A stretch of 64,000 nucleotides of DNA. Origin: Malacoraja senta. Its lineage: Eukaryota. This document shows, in pieces, positions 62,481 through 64,000 of this stretch (position 1 is its first letter; the number at the start of each line of letters is the position of its first letter). The position numbers were made by a program, and so were the translations under genes. The DNA lies in the NCBI GenBank assembly GCA_038087875.1, contig CM075996.1:682001-746000 (forward strand). The letters are read 5' to 3'. The notes beneath the pieces were generated by a model. The model worked only from the letters and a program-made list of their open reading frames with translations. It did no database searches and was not told the DNA's origin.

Positions 62481-63634
62481 CTATAAGAATTACAATGCTA
62501 ACGCTCAAATACTTAAAATAGAACACCTATTCATTTCCCAAAAATCTATGCTGCAGATCTGACATGCCTGAAAGGTTAGCTCTATTTCTTTCTCCACAAA
62601 TGTTGAGTATCCGCAGTTTTTGTGTTTTGATTACCGTGTCACTTTTTTCATTGTATTCCTGCTGGGTTATCTTCATTTTAACTGACCACTTCACCTGCTT
62701 TTATCACCTGCATTATTCTTGAAATTTTGAACGGTGCCGTTGAAATAGTTTTGTTTTCCATTTCATCCATGTAAGAAATTAAGGCCAAACTGGATGCTAG
62801 TTTGATTCAATGTTCACTTTGAGCTATGCATCACTGACTTGTGTCAAGAATGTGTAATCCTTGCTATTTTATTTCTTCTCTAGTCCAGGCATGTAGGTGA
62901 TTTTCATAGCACTCTACTGTTAATTGAATACACGTAAAACCCTGTTGCTTCTTCCTCTGCTGCTTTAGTTTTTGCTTGATCTTTGCTCTATTTTCAGAAA
63001 ATAACAATGTATTGGATACTTTAATCTGACATTATTCACTGGTTTGTGTATTTTCACTAATTTCATTAGTCTGCACTGCATTTCTCGACTGTTGAGAGAG
63101 CATTTAAGATAACAGAATGAAGTTTCCCACTTGAAGTAAATTACAATGTCATCTTCCTGGAATTGACCACTATCCTTTGGCATTCCAGGAGAATGTGAAT
63201 AAACATTAGGTAGGGACATAATCAGATATTTCTGCTATCCATTCTGATTTTGTACCCTCCTTAAATTTTGCTGAATTTTAATAGGGATGAACCGTTATCC
63301 AACTGATTTAACTTCAGACCACTGTTATCCATGGAATCGGATCAAGTCACGACAGATGGAGAGAAGTACAGGGAAAACATACAGAATGATTAATTTTAAA
63401 ATTTAATTGCAGAAAAAAAGTGTTTTAAAAAAAAGGTTCATTGTTTCATATATGAAGTGTTGTTACATGAAGCCCTTTGAATTGTGAGTGCGCGTTATTC
63501 AATTCTACCAATAATTCACACGTTAAATGCTAATCTTTAAGCAGCAATAAGGTTCCTCACAGCAACCTATTTCAAAGAAAGTAACTTAGGCTCTTGAATC
63601 TTTCCTCGGTTATGGTTTTTCAATCATACTGATA

Positions 63635-64000
63635 AACATATAAGTTCATAAATCATTGGAGCGGAAGTAGGCAATTCGGCCCATTGAGTCCACTCTGCCA
63701 TTCAATCATGGCTGATCTATCTTTCCCTCTCAACCACATTCTCCTGCCTTCTCCCCATAACCCTTGACATCATTACTGTTCAAGAATCTGTCAATCTCAG
63801 TTTTGAAAATACCCAATTACTTGGCCTCCTCAGCAGTCTGTGGCAATGAATTCCACAGATTTGCCACCGTCTGAATAAAGAAATTCCTCCTGTCCTTTCA
63901 AAAGGTACATCTTTTTATTCTGAGGCTCTGTGCTCTGGTTCGAGACTTTCCCATCCTGGATACATTCTCTCCACATCCACTCTATCCAGGCCTTTCAATA
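63635..64000 (-). mobile_element. CR1 LINE 3' end running off the window
   Basis: Reverse CR1 tail and WNSLPQ motif. Confidence 0.85.

Overview
Vertebrate genomic DNA, inferred to be a cartilaginous fish (probably skate or ray) from its repeat families. No intact protein-coding gene is present, and most track ORFs are transposon remnants, their antisense shadows, or run across the two N gaps. Bases 1-35 kb are repeat-dense: CR1 LINEs, HE1-type V-SINEs, DeuSINE/SacSINE1-like SINEs, RTE and Tx1/L1 3' ends, two PIF/Harbinger-type MITEs, a decayed Gypsy element and two local duplications. A CpG-island promoter at about 35.8-36.6 kb opens a + strand gene that I could not identify, with candidate exons at 55.6, 56.9 and 57.8 kb. 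Its intron holds Rex/Babar, Penelope, Tc1 and CR1 insertions. The most notable system is a family of short, often palindromic, TSD-flanked Penelope-derived elements carrying a minimal hammerhead-ribozyme-like core (CTGAWGA-A-hairpin-GAAAC-GTH). One copy is linked in cis to a GIY-YIG endonuclease tail at 43.8-44.3 kb. The promoter also has six repeats of a TGAnnGAC-N9-CCAAT-like module at constant spacing. All family names come from visual recognition, with no database search; repeat boundaries are approximate unless a TSD or TIR is quoted.
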